64,000 bases of DNA, from the NCBI GenBank assembly GCA_002009975.1, contig MTLP01000012.1, forward strand, positions 64,001-128,000, read 5' to 3'. The notes under the pieces were generated by a model. The model made no database searches and was not told where the DNA came from. It saw nothing but the letters and a program-made list of their open reading frames with translations. A program made the position numbers and the translations under genes. Origin of the DNA: Thermococcus sp. JdFR-02. Lineage in GTDB: Archaea > Methanobacteriota_B > Thermococci > Thermococcales > Thermococcaceae. This document shows positions 47,443 through 56,135 of this stretch, piece after piece. Within the stretch, counting starts at the first letter, position 1. Every line of letters starts with the position of its first letter.

Positions 47443-47670
47443 ATGATAGCCTTCATCCTCATTACAACCCAAAACGGGAAGGAGAATGAAACTGCAGAAA
47501 ATCTCAAGAAAATTCCAGAGGTTAAAGAGGCATACGCCCTCTATGGGGACTATGATGCCATTGCCAAAGTGGAAGTTGAAAGTTTGCAAAGATTAAGCGA
47601 GCTTAGAAACGAAATCTTAAAAGAGAATAAGGGCATTTTATATACCGAAACTCTAATCTGTGCGAGGTGA
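47443..47670 (+). CDS. Stand-alone Lrp/AsnC ligand-binding (RAM) domain protein
   Basis: AFILI...PEVKEAYALYGDYDAIAKVE...TETLI. No HTH. Confidence 0.88.
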   Translation: MIAFILITTQNGKENETAENLKKIPEVKEAYALYGDYDAIAKVEVESLQRLSELRNEILKENKGILYTETLICAR

Positions 47671-48203
47671 TTGTGTTGGGAATTGAAGAGGCAAGAAGAA
47701 TTATAATGAACCACTTTGCAAATGCCGCAAGAAGATTCGGATTGAGTGAGCTTTATGGATACATTTACGGTGTCCTGTTTTTTGCAGATGAACCATTAAG
47801 CCTAGGTGAAATTGCAGAGAAAACTAGATATTCTCTTTCTCACGTTAGTTCTGCTTTAAAGCTCCTCGAAAGTGTCGGGTTAGTTACAAGAGTTAAAAAG
47901 CCGGGAGATAAAAAGGCATACTTTACAGCAATAAAAAATCTAAAAGAATGGAGAAAGGCCGCATATTATAACAAGCTTCTTGAAGATGTCCAACAAACAA
48001 GAATAAATGTTCAAAAAGCTCTTGAAGAAATCAAGGATGATAAAAGTGAAGAAGCACAAAAAATACGAGAAAAACTTAAATTCATGCTTAAACGGAACGA
48101 AATAACTGAAAGAATTATAAAGCTGATTATAAGGAGCGATGAAGAGAAGCTCCTCGAAAAACTAATCCACTGCCTAGATGAACTTGAAAAGGAAAGAACT
48201 TAA
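47667..48203 (+). CDS. GbsR/MarR-family transcriptional regulator
   Basis: IYGVLFFADEPLSLGEIAEKTRYSLSHVSSALKLL...KPGDKKAYF. Confidence 0.88.
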   Translation: MIVLGIEEARRIIMNHFANAARRFGLSELYGYIYGVLFFADEPLSLGEIAEKTRYSLSHVSSALKLLESVGLVTRVKKPGDKKAYFTAIKNLKEWRKAAYYNKLLEDVQQTRINVQKALEEIKDDKSEEAQKIREKLKFMLKRNEITERIIKLIIRSDEEKLLEKLIHCLDELEKERT

Positions 48204-48237
48204 AAAGGAAAGCAAGTAAACCAATGCAGGTGATCAA

Positions 48238-48744
48238 ATGAACCCTTTAGTAGAGGCACTGTGGTACATACTACCAGCGTATTTTGCTAACTCCTCCCCG
48301 GTACTTTTTAAAGGAAAAACTCCTATGGATTTTGGAAAAAATTTCATTGATGGGAAGAGAATTCTGGGAAATGGAAAAACGTGGAGAGGATTTTTTGGTG
48401 GTTTGTCTGTTGGAGTGCTAATTTCTTGTGTACAATACCAAATAATTCCTTCTTATTACGGCTCTTTTGAGACTGCTCTTAAGCTTGGCTTTGCCCTCTC
48501 TTTTGGCGCACTTTTAGGAGACATAATAGGAAGTTTCATAAAGAGAAGGGCTAATTTACCTCAAGGTTACCCTGCAATAGGATTGGATCAGCTGGGCTTT
48601 TTAATAACCGCTTTGATTTTAGGGTATAATGTAAAAGCTCTCTCAACAGCTCAGGTTCTCTTTTTGTTAGCTGTAACTCCATTTATCCATTGGGGAGCCA
48701 ATATCTTTGCTTATAAGATGGGGTGGAAAAACGTCCCTTGGTGA
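48238..48744 (+). CDS. carS: CDP-archaeol synthase
   Basis: LPAYFANSSP, PMDFG, RILGNGKTWRG, GDIIGSFIKRR, LDQL, K.VPW. Confidence 0.95.
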   Translation: MNPLVEALWYILPAYFANSSPVLFKGKTPMDFGKNFIDGKRILGNGKTWRGFFGGLSVGVLISCVQYQIIPSYYGSFETALKLGFALSFGALLGDIIGSFIKRRANLPQGYPAIGLDQLGFLITALILGYNVKALSTAQVLFLLAVTPFIHWGANIFAYKMGWKNVPW

Positions 48745-48802
48745 TTTAACATTTCTATTTACTTCTGCGGAAAAATTATAAAAAATTGTTGAGAGCTTTT
48801 AC

Positions 48803-49078
48803 ATGGTGATGTGTGTGAGAGTGAAGGTTAGATATTTTGCCCGCTTTAGAGATATTGCTGGAGTTTCAGAGGAAGAGTTTGATATTCCAGATGATGCTAA
48901 AGTGAAGGACTTAATTGAATTAATTAAAAAGAAGCACCCCAAGTTTAATGACGAAATTTTTGAACAAAATGAAGAAGCTGATGTGAATGTTTCTAAGAAT
49001 GGTAGATACGTGGATTTTGACGAAGAACTAAGGGAAGGAGATATTATTGCACTTTTCCCACCAGTGAGCGGTGGTTAG
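48803..49078 (+). CDS. moaD: Ubiquitin-like sulfur carrier SAMP/MoaD
   Basis: VKVRYFA...GDIIALFPPVSGG C-terminal diglycine. True start may be GTG 48815. Confidence 0.9.
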   Translation: MVMCVRVKVRYFARFRDIAGVSEEEFDIPDDAKVKDLIELIKKKHPKFNDEIFEQNEEADVNVSKNGRYVDFDEELREGDIIALFPPVSGG

Positions 49079-49079
49079 G

Positions 49080-49778
49080 ATGCTAAGCGAGAAGGAACTG
49101 GAGAGATATGATAGACAAATAAGAATTTTTGGCATTGAGGGCCAGGAGAAGCTTAAAAAAGCAAAGGTTGCTGTTGTTGGGATTGGTGGACTTGGTAGTC
49201 CAGTGGCTTATTATCTTACAGCGGCTGGTATAGGAGAGATCTTACTTATCGATGAACAAATTCCTGAGTTAAGTAATTTGAATAGACAAATCCTCCATTG
49301 GGAAGAAGATTTGGACAAAACCCCAAAATCTTTATCTGCAAAACGGAAGCTTGAAAAGTTAAACTCTGATGTAAAAATTGAAGCTTTTGTTGGAAAACTC
49401 ACAAGAGAGAACATTGAAGATGTTTTGAAAGATGTTGATGTGATTGTTGACTGCTTGGACAATTTCGAGACAAGGTATCTGCTTGATGAGTTTGCACATA
49501 AAAAGGGAGTTCCTTTGGTTCATGCTGCAGTTGAAGGTCTTCATGGTCAAGCTACAACTATAATCCCTGAAAAAACAAAGTCTTTGAGGGAAATATTCCC
49601 AATTCCTCCAAAGAAAAAGGAGAAGTTCCCAATACTTGGAGCAACAGCGGGGGTAATGGGAACCATTCAAGCCGCTGAGGTGATTAAGCTTATAACTGGA
49701 TGTGGGGAACCTTTAGCAAATAAACTTTTGGTGATTGATTTAGCTCACAATGCTTTTGAGATAATTGAGCTTAAATAA
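49080..49778 (+). CDS. ThiF/MoeB/UbaA E1-like adenylyltransferase
   Basis: RYDRQI, GIGGLGS, LSNLNRQILH, VDCLDN. Adjacent to the SAMP gene. Confidence 0.92.
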   Translation: MLSEKELERYDRQIRIFGIEGQEKLKKAKVAVVGIGGLGSPVAYYLTAAGIGEILLIDEQIPELSNLNRQILHWEEDLDKTPKSLSAKRKLEKLNSDVKIEAFVGKLTRENIEDVLKDVDVIVDCLDNFETRYLLDEFAHKKGVPLVHAAVEGLHGQATTIIPEKTKSLREIFPIPPKKKEKFPILGATAGVMGTIQAAEVIKLITGCGEPLANKLLVIDLAHNAFEIIELK

Positions 49779-49797
49779 AACGAAATTTTTCTATTAG

Positions 49798-50187
49798 TTA
49801 AGTCTCAAGTATCTCGATAAGTTCCTCTTTCTTTAAGTTTTTCGTCAATCCAAGCTCTAAAGAGTGCTTTAGCAGATATTCTGGAAATTTTGAATCTTCA
49901 AAAAATGCACGAATTCCCATTTTTGGAATGTAGAAAAAGTAAATTCTCTTTTTTAGTTCTCTGCTGGTGGCAACCATAAAGCCTTTTTCTGCATTAATTC
50001 TAACAACTTCAAAACCAAAAACCTCCGCTAAGCTTAAAAACATCTCAAAGAGCTTTGTCCTTGCATCTTTTAGAGCCTTGTTCACTGCCTGTTTCGATAT
50101 GTCAAGATTTTCAGCTATGTCAATTTCCCTAAGCCCTTTAGCCTTTAAAAGCCAAATTTCCTCCATTCTATCAGGTAGTTTGAACAT
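49798..50187 (-). CDS. HTH DNA-binding protein
   Basis: GLREIDIAENLDISKQAVNKALKDA. Confidence 0.8.
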   Translation of the reverse strand: MFKLPDRMEEIWLLKAKGLREIDIAENLDISKQAVNKALKDARTKLFEMFLSLAEVFGFEVVRINAEKGFMVATSRELKKRIYFFYIPKMGIRAFFEDSKFPEYLLKHSLELGLTKNLKKEELIEILET

Positions 50188-50890
50188 TTTGAGCCACCTT
50201 CCAGAGGGCTTTGATAAACTCCTCAGTGTTCTTCGCTGTTATCAGATACAGTCTCCTAGGGGTTCTTATCACAACATATTCAACACTATAAACTTCCCAA
50301 ATAGCAACTGTGAGGACAAATGCCATAATTATAAACATAAGAATATCATCCGCCGTAATACTTCCGATCTTTAAGTAAAGCATGAGAACTGCAAGAAGCA
50401 CAAAGGAATATGTAAAAATCCCAGTAATTTTTTTCTTTGAGAAAGGTATGGTAAAAGCAGAAATGTAAAATAGTCCAAAGACTATCAACCCAATATCTCC
50501 AAAATAGTACCCTTTCAGAAGTCCATGTGGCAAGATTATTAAATCAAAAAGAGCATAGGCAACAAGAATCATAAACAGAATTATTTCCCACTTAAAATAT
50601 TTGGCAATTGTGCCTTTTTGAAGTTTATTAATGGTTGTTATTTCCTCAATTTCGCTAAAGGGAATCTTTATCTTCAGCTTTCCAAATACATATTTCAGCA
50701 CGATAAAATCCTTTTCGACTTCAGCTCCAGTTCCCCAAGAGGCAAACAAAACAATCCAGCCAAAAATCCAAAAAGGCCAGTAGTTTTCAGGTGTCACCCT
50801 CGGGAGAACAATGATAATAGTAAATGAAATAACCACTAGAACAAACGGAATTCCGCTGAAGTTCATGGGTCTTACATCTTTAAGCTTCAT
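50171..50890 (-). CDS. Hypothetical membrane protein with a split bacterial-PH-like domain
   Basis: About 6 TM. IKIPFSEIEEI and VVIRT...YLITAKNTEEFIKAL motifs. Confidence 0.7.
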   Translation of the reverse strand: MKLKDVRPMNFSGIPFVLVVISFTIIIVLPRVTPENYWPFWIFGWIVLFASWGTGAEVEKDFIVLKYVFGKLKIKIPFSEIEEITTINKLQKGTIAKYFKWEIILFMILVAYALFDLIILPHGLLKGYYFGDIGLIVFGLFYISAFTIPFSKKKITGIFTYSFVLLAVLMLYLKIGSITADDILMFIIMAFVLTVAIWEVYSVEYVVIRTPRRLYLITAKNTEEFIKALWKVAQNVQTT

Positions 50891-50908
50891 ATTAATCACT
50901 ATTCAACC

Positions 50909-50934
50909 TTAGTCAACATATATAGGTTGACCAA
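50909..50934. promoter_or_regulatory. Inverted-repeat operator upstream of the membrane protein/HTH operon
   Basis: TTaGTCAAC-N8-GTTGACcAA between TTTATAAA (50937-44) and the start codon. Confidence 0.6.
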
Positions 50935-51030
50935 AGTTTATAAATTTTGCGATAATTTGCATGAGTTATATTTTTCAAATGATAAACTTTAAAGTTTCAG
51001 ACTAAGAATTACCTGTTGAGGGAGTTAAAA

Positions 51031-51855
51031 ATGAGTCTTGAAAAACTCTATGAGCTTTTAAGCTGGCCCATGCGTCCAGATGATGAAGTAGCTAGAAGAA
51101 GATTTGAAAAAATTGTGAGAGTTTTTGAGCTTTTAGTTGAGAAAGGGACAATTAGGGTAGAGAAAAGTGTTAAAATACTTGATCTAGCAGCGGGGACAGG
51201 TATAGCGGGAGCGGCTTTAGCTAAAGTTCTTAGGGAGAAAGGAATTGAGATTGAGCTTACGGTTGTTGATGCCAGAGAAAAAGACCTCCCTCTTGTTAAT
51301 GAATGGTTGAAGCTGAGTAAAGCGAGAGATGTAAAAGTCAAAACTATAGTAGCGGATATAAGGAAACTGCACGAGTTTGTTGAGAAAGATAGCCATAATG
51401 TTGCTTTGCTTTGGGGCTTAACTATGCCTCACTTTGACCCTTTTGACGCTGTAAAGATTTTTGCAAATACAGCTTATGCACTAAAAAACGATGGAATTTT
51501 CATGATGGAAGAGTCTGATAGAGTTTATGGAATCCTCTACAGGCAGGGTTACAAAAACTTCCTTGTTGAGACTAAACGTGAGGGGTACACATTAGTCTCA
51601 GTTCATGAAGGATACAACCTCAAGAGGGGAATGTTTAGGAGAACTTATTATAAATTGCCGGGCTTTGAGAAAATTGCTGAAGAAGAGCACAGACTTTGGG
51701 ACATCGCAGGAATTGTTGGAATAGGGAGTATTTTCTTCAGAGAGTTTGAGCTCATGACAAAAAGCACACATGGCATTTTTGGCATTTCCGATGTATTGAT
51801 CTTTAAAAATCCAAGGAAAAGTTTGCCACTTAGTGAATTTTTAACGGAGGGATAA
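51031..51855 (+). CDS. Class I SAM-dependent methyltransferase
   Basis: ILDLAAGTGIAG motif I, LTVVD, VADI. Confidence 0.88.
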   Translation: MSLEKLYELLSWPMRPDDEVARRRFEKIVRVFELLVEKGTIRVEKSVKILDLAAGTGIAGAALAKVLREKGIEIELTVVDAREKDLPLVNEWLKLSKARDVKVKTIVADIRKLHEFVEKDSHNVALLWGLTMPHFDPFDAVKIFANTAYALKNDGIFMMEESDRVYGILYRQGYKNFLVETKREGYTLVSVHEGYNLKRGMFRRTYYKLPGFEKIAEEEHRLWDIAGIVGIGSIFFREFELMTKSTHGIFGISDVLIFKNPRKSLPLSEFLTEG

Positions 51856-51857
51856 AA

Positions 51858-52289
51858 ATGCTCACAAAGCTCTTCAAAAAGCCAGAGGATTTTGATATCA
51901 ACGAAGCAATAAACTTAGTTTCATCTAGAACAACGGGAGGAATAGTCATTTTTTTAGGAAAAGTTAGGGAGGAGAGTCATGGAAGGAGAGTAAAAAAGCT
52001 GATTTATGAAGCCTATGAAGAAATGGCGATGAAAGAAATGAAGAGAATTAGGGAAGAAGCATTACAAAAGTTTCCAATTGAAGAGATTTTAATATGGCAC
52101 CGTTATGGAGAGCTTGAAGTTGAAGAAAACACGATTTTAATAGTTGCGGCTGGAAAGCATAGGAAGGAATCTTTTGAAGCCTGTATATGGGCAGTTGATG
52201 AAGTGAAAAAAAGAGTTCCCATTTGGAAGAAGGAAATAACTGATGAGGGTGAATTTTGGATTGAAGGAAATAAAGTGAGAAAGGCTTAG
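51858..52289 (+). CDS. moaE: Molybdopterin synthase catalytic subunit
   Basis: GGIVIFLGKVR, LIYEAYEEMA, HRYGEL, HRKE, KKRVPIWKKE. Confidence 0.95.
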   Translation: MLTKLFKKPEDFDINEAINLVSSRTTGGIVIFLGKVREESHGRRVKKLIYEAYEEMAMKEMKRIREEALQKFPIEEILIWHRYGELEVEENTILIVAAGKHRKESFEACIWAVDEVKKRVPIWKKEITDEGEFWIEGNKVRKA

Positions 52290-53608
52290 ATATAGAAATA
52301 TCTTTCAAGCTCCCACTCTGTAACCTTTTTGGTCTCTTTTGGAATTTGCTTCTCTTCAAGATAGGCCAAATAGCTTTCCCACTCCTTTTCTTTGTACTCT
52401 ATGAAGTTCTTGTATGCTTTTCCTAGGGCTTCTCTAACCACTTTGTCTTTCTTCAATTCCTCTAAGGCTTCACCTAAGCTCTCTGGCAAAGTTTCAATGC
52501 CAAACTTCTCTCTTTTCTCTTCACTCATGTGATAGACATCTTCCTCTACATAGCCAAAGGGTTCAATTTTGTGCTTGATTCCATCCAATCCAGCCTTGAT
52601 TATAGCCGCAAAGGCTAGGTATGGGTTTGCACTTGGATCTGGGCAGCGATACTCAATTCTTGCTCCTTTTCCTTTGAATGCTGGAACCCTAATTAAAGCG
52701 CTTCTGTTCTTGTATCCCCATGAAATATAAACTGGAGCTTCATAACCTGGAACTAAACGCTTATATGAGTTAACTGTTGGGTTTGTAACAGCTGTTAGAG
52801 CTTTAGCATGCTTTAAAAGTCCCCCAATGAAGTAAAGGGCTAATTCACTTAATCCTTTGTCTCCAACGAATATATTTTCCCCATCTTTCCAGAGGCTTAT
52901 GTGTAAGTGCATTCCGTTTCCGGGCATTCCATAGATTGGTTTTGGCATAAAAGTTGCATACAATCCATGCATTTCTCCAACGGCTTTAACTATGTATTTA
53001 AAGCTTACAATGTTATCAGCTGTTTTCAAAGCCTCAGCAAACCTGAAGTCGATCTCGTGTTGCCCAGCGCCGACTTCATGGTGTAGAACCTCTGGGATTA
53101 AGCCAAAATGGGGCATGTATAATGCGATTTCTCTTTTTATTTCCCTTGCTTTATCGAGATTTACAATATCGAAATATCCACCAACATCTGGAAGCTGCAA
53201 TTCCCATGTGCCGTTTCTCCTGAAGAAGTAAAACTCTGCTTCTGGACCAATATATGCACTTATTCCCTCTTTTGCAAGCTCTTCTAAAGTGGACTTTAGG
53301 ATTCCTCTTGGGTCTGCATAATAAGGTTCATCGTCCTTGTATATATAGCCATAAACCCTTGCAATTCCATCCCATGGAACCTCTGCATAGGTGCTTGGAT
53401 CTGCTTTGAATATTAAATCACTATCTTCAATTCCTTGGAATCCCGGAACTGAGGAACCATCAAAGGAGATGCCATCACTTATTGCTTCTTCATACCTGCT
53501 TATAGGAACTTCCATTCCCTTTGGAACTCCATTTATATCAACGAAAATGAGCTGGACAAACTTGGGTTTCACCTTAACTTCGATTTGTTCTGCTCTCACT
53601 TCGTTCAT
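52286..53608 (-). CDS. glnA: Glutamine synthetase type I
   Basis: FDGSS, HHEVGAGQHE, ATFMPKP..G.PGNGMH, NSYKRLVPGYEAP, NRSALIRVP, RIEYRCPD. Confidence 0.96.
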   Translation of the reverse strand: MNEVRAEQIEVKVKPKFVQLIFVDINGVPKGMEVPISRYEEAISDGISFDGSSVPGFQGIEDSDLIFKADPSTYAEVPWDGIARVYGYIYKDDEPYYADPRGILKSTLEELAKEGISAYIGPEAEFYFFRRNGTWELQLPDVGGYFDIVNLDKAREIKREIALYMPHFGLIPEVLHHEVGAGQHEIDFRFAEALKTADNIVSFKYIVKAVGEMHGLYATFMPKPIYGMPGNGMHLHISLWKDGENIFVGDKGLSELALYFIGGLLKHAKALTAVTNPTVNSYKRLVPGYEAPVYISWGYKNRSALIRVPAFKGKGARIEYRCPDPSANPYLAFAAIIKAGLDGIKHKIEPFGYVEEDVYHMSEEKREKFGIETLPESLGEALEELKKDKVVREALGKAYKNFIEYKEKEWESYLAYLEEKQIPKETKKVTEWELERYFYI

Positions 53609-53899
53609 TTTTATCACCTCTTAATGATTAAATGTTCATCATAAACGATGTATTACTGAACAACTTTTAGAATAAAAGGCTTTTGTTTAGAAATTTGTCA
53701 CTTTGACAAATGTAATAATGCTTTTCTATCGATTAACTGACACATGTTAAAATTATTCAAAAAATTTCCAAAAATTTACAAATCTATGTCAGTAAAATTC
53801 ATCCTTTTAATGGTGTATTGATAAACGTGTAGCATTGTAATAAATAGACTACAAAAAGAATATATATTTGATGTTTAGACAATGCAAAAGGTGAAGATT

Positions 53900-54856
53900 A
53901 TGGAGATTCTGGTAACCGGTGGTGCTGGTTTTATAGGTTCTCATTTGGTTGATAAATTAATGGAAAAGGGCAACAAGGTTAGAGTTGTTGATGATTTAAG
54001 CGCTGGAAGTTTAAAAAACATTGAAAAATGGTTAGATGATAAAAATTTTGAATTCATTAAAGGTGACCTAAGAGATCCAAAAGTTGCCCTAGAAAGTGTT
54101 AAAGATGTCGATATTGTTTTTCACTTAGCTGCGAATCCAGAAGTGAGGATTGGTGCTCAAAGTCCAGAGCTTCTGTATGAAACCAACGTTTTGATAACCT
54201 ACAACCTTTTGGAAGCTATGAGAAAAGAAAATGTGAAATATCTTGTTTTTACATCTTCTTCAACTGTCTATGGGGATGCTAAAGTTATTCCAACTCCAGA
54301 GGATTATGCTCCCTTAGAGCCGATAAGTGTTTATGGTGGTGTTAAATTAGCAGCTGAAGCATTAATCAGTGGATACGCTCACACTTTTGATATTAAATCT
54401 CTCATCTTCAGGTTAGCGAACATCATAGGTGAAAGGTCAAATCACGGAGTAATCTATGATTTCATCAATAAGCTCAAGAAGACTCCTGAGAGATTAGAAA
54501 TTCTTGGAGATGGGACGCAGAGAAAAAGCTATCTCCATGTTAGTGATACAATTGAAGCAATGCTTTATCTTTTTGAAAAGTTTAAAGAAGAGGAGAAAAT
54601 TTACGATGTTTATAACTTAGGAAGTGAAGACTGGATTACAGTTAAAGAAATAGCAGAAATAGTCAGCAGAGCTATGAACTTAAATCCGGGGTTTTATTTT
54701 ACTGGTGGTGTTGATGGCGGCAGGGGATGGAAAGGCGATGTTAAGTTCATGCGCTTAAGTATTGAGAAAGCTAAAAGTAGAGGTTGGAAGCCAAAGATGA
54801 ATAGCTATCAAGCAGTTGAAAGAACTGTGAGAGAGCTTTTGGAGAGTATGGGTTAG
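53900..54856 (+). CDS. NAD-dependent sugar epimerase (UDP-glucose/GlcNAc 4-epimerase-like)
   Basis: TGGAGFIGS, HLAA, SSSTVYG, YGGVK, GDGTQRKSYLHV. Confidence 0.9.
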   Translation: MEILVTGGAGFIGSHLVDKLMEKGNKVRVVDDLSAGSLKNIEKWLDDKNFEFIKGDLRDPKVALESVKDVDIVFHLAANPEVRIGAQSPELLYETNVLITYNLLEAMRKENVKYLVFTSSSTVYGDAKVIPTPEDYAPLEPISVYGGVKLAAEALISGYAHTFDIKSLIFRLANIIGERSNHGVIYDFINKLKKTPERLEILGDGTQRKSYLHVSDTIEAMLYLFEKFKEEEKIYDVYNLGSEDWITVKEIAEIVSRAMNLNPGFYFTGGVDGGRGWKGDVKFMRLSIEKAKSRGWKPKMNSYQAVERTVRELLESMG

Positions 54857-54893
54857 GTTTTTATATTTTCTCTATGTTTTATGTTTGAGAGCA

Positions 54894-56135
54894 ATGACTG
54901 AAAGTCTAAAATTGAGATTAATAAAAAATGCCAGTTGGTTATTTTCTGCAGAGGTCATATCAAAGATACTTGCCTATGGATTAATTGTTCTTTTAGGAAG
55001 AACTCTTGGTGAAGAAGGGTTAGGACAGTATTCTTTCATATTCTCTTTCGTAGCTTTAACTTCAATTTTCTCCGACTTGGGTGTTAGTTTTTATGTAATG
55101 AGAGAAATTGCAAGGGATAAAAGCAAGACAGAGGATATTTTTCCTTATGCTTTGGGTTTGAAAATTGTTTTAGCTTTAATTAATTTTGGAATTATAGTTG
55201 CTTTAGCCTCACAACTAAATAAGCCAAGCTGGATTAAGGCTTTAATCTATTTAGTTGCTTTTGAAAACATCCTATTTGTGATTTCAAACATTTTCATTCG
55301 TCTTATGTTTGCTTATGAAGTTACAAAGTATGAAGCTATTGCAAAGGCATTAGAGAGGTCTTGGGCATTTTTTATTGGAGGAAGCATTTTGTATTTTAAG
55401 AGACAACTTACACCGTTTATTATTGCTCTCGTTGTCGGGTATTACCTTAGGGAATCTTTGAGAGTTTATTGGGGCTCACGATTCTTAGACAGGCTAAAAA
55501 TGAAGTTTGATGTTAGGGCTTGGCTTGAAATTTTGAAACATTCCTATCCTTTTTGGTTGATTGGACTTTTTATCATAATTTATTACCGTACGGATATAGT
55601 CATGCTTGGCTTGTTAAAAAGCGATTATGATGTTGGAGTTTATAGAGGCGCATACACCTTAATAGAAGTCCCTATGTTCATCCCCAGCATCGTGATTTCA
55701 ACAACTTTGCCCTCAATGGCAAGACTCTGGAAAGAGGATAGAAAAACTCTTGGGGTCTTGTTTAAGAAAAGTTTTCAAGTGTTGGCTTTGATTGGGATTG
55801 TCGGGACTTTGGGGTTTTACTTTTTATCCGACTTTGCTATAAGAATTGTTTTTGGAAGTGGATTTAGAGAAAGTGTGGGAGTTTTGAAAATTTTGGGTTT
55901 TGCTGTTCCGTTTATGTTCTTAAATTCTCTATTTGGGAGTCTTTTGAATGCAACAGGGAGAGAGCTAACTTTTACAAAGATAACCGCTTTTACGGCTTTT
56001 GTCAATGTTGTGTTAAATTATTTCTTGATTCAGGGGTATAGTTATTATGGAGCCGCTGTTGCGACAGTGATGAGTACAGGAATTCAGTGTCTTTTGATGT
56101 TTCATATCTCCAAGATCTCAAAATTTCTTTCTTAG
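54894..56135 (+). CDS. Wzx-like oligosaccharide flippase (MOP superfamily)
   Basis: LIKNASWLF, GQYSF, FSDLG, YYRTDIVML, VGVY, YGAAVAT. About 12 TM. Confidence 0.92.
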   Translation: MTESLKLRLIKNASWLFSAEVISKILAYGLIVLLGRTLGEEGLGQYSFIFSFVALTSIFSDLGVSFYVMREIARDKSKTEDIFPYALGLKIVLALINFGIIVALASQLNKPSWIKALIYLVAFENILFVISNIFIRLMFAYEVTKYEAIAKALERSWAFFIGGSILYFKRQLTPFIIALVVGYYLRESLRVYWGSRFLDRLKMKFDVRAWLEILKHSYPFWLIGLFIIIYYRTDIVMLGLLKSDYDVGVYRGAYTLIEVPMFIPSIVISTTLPSMARLWKEDRKTLGVLFKKSFQVLALIGIVGTLGFYFLSDFAIRIVFGSGFRESVGVLKILGFAVPFMFLNSLFGSLLNATGRELTFTKITAFTAFVNVVLNYFLIQGYSYYGAAVATVMSTGIQCLLMFHISKISKFLS

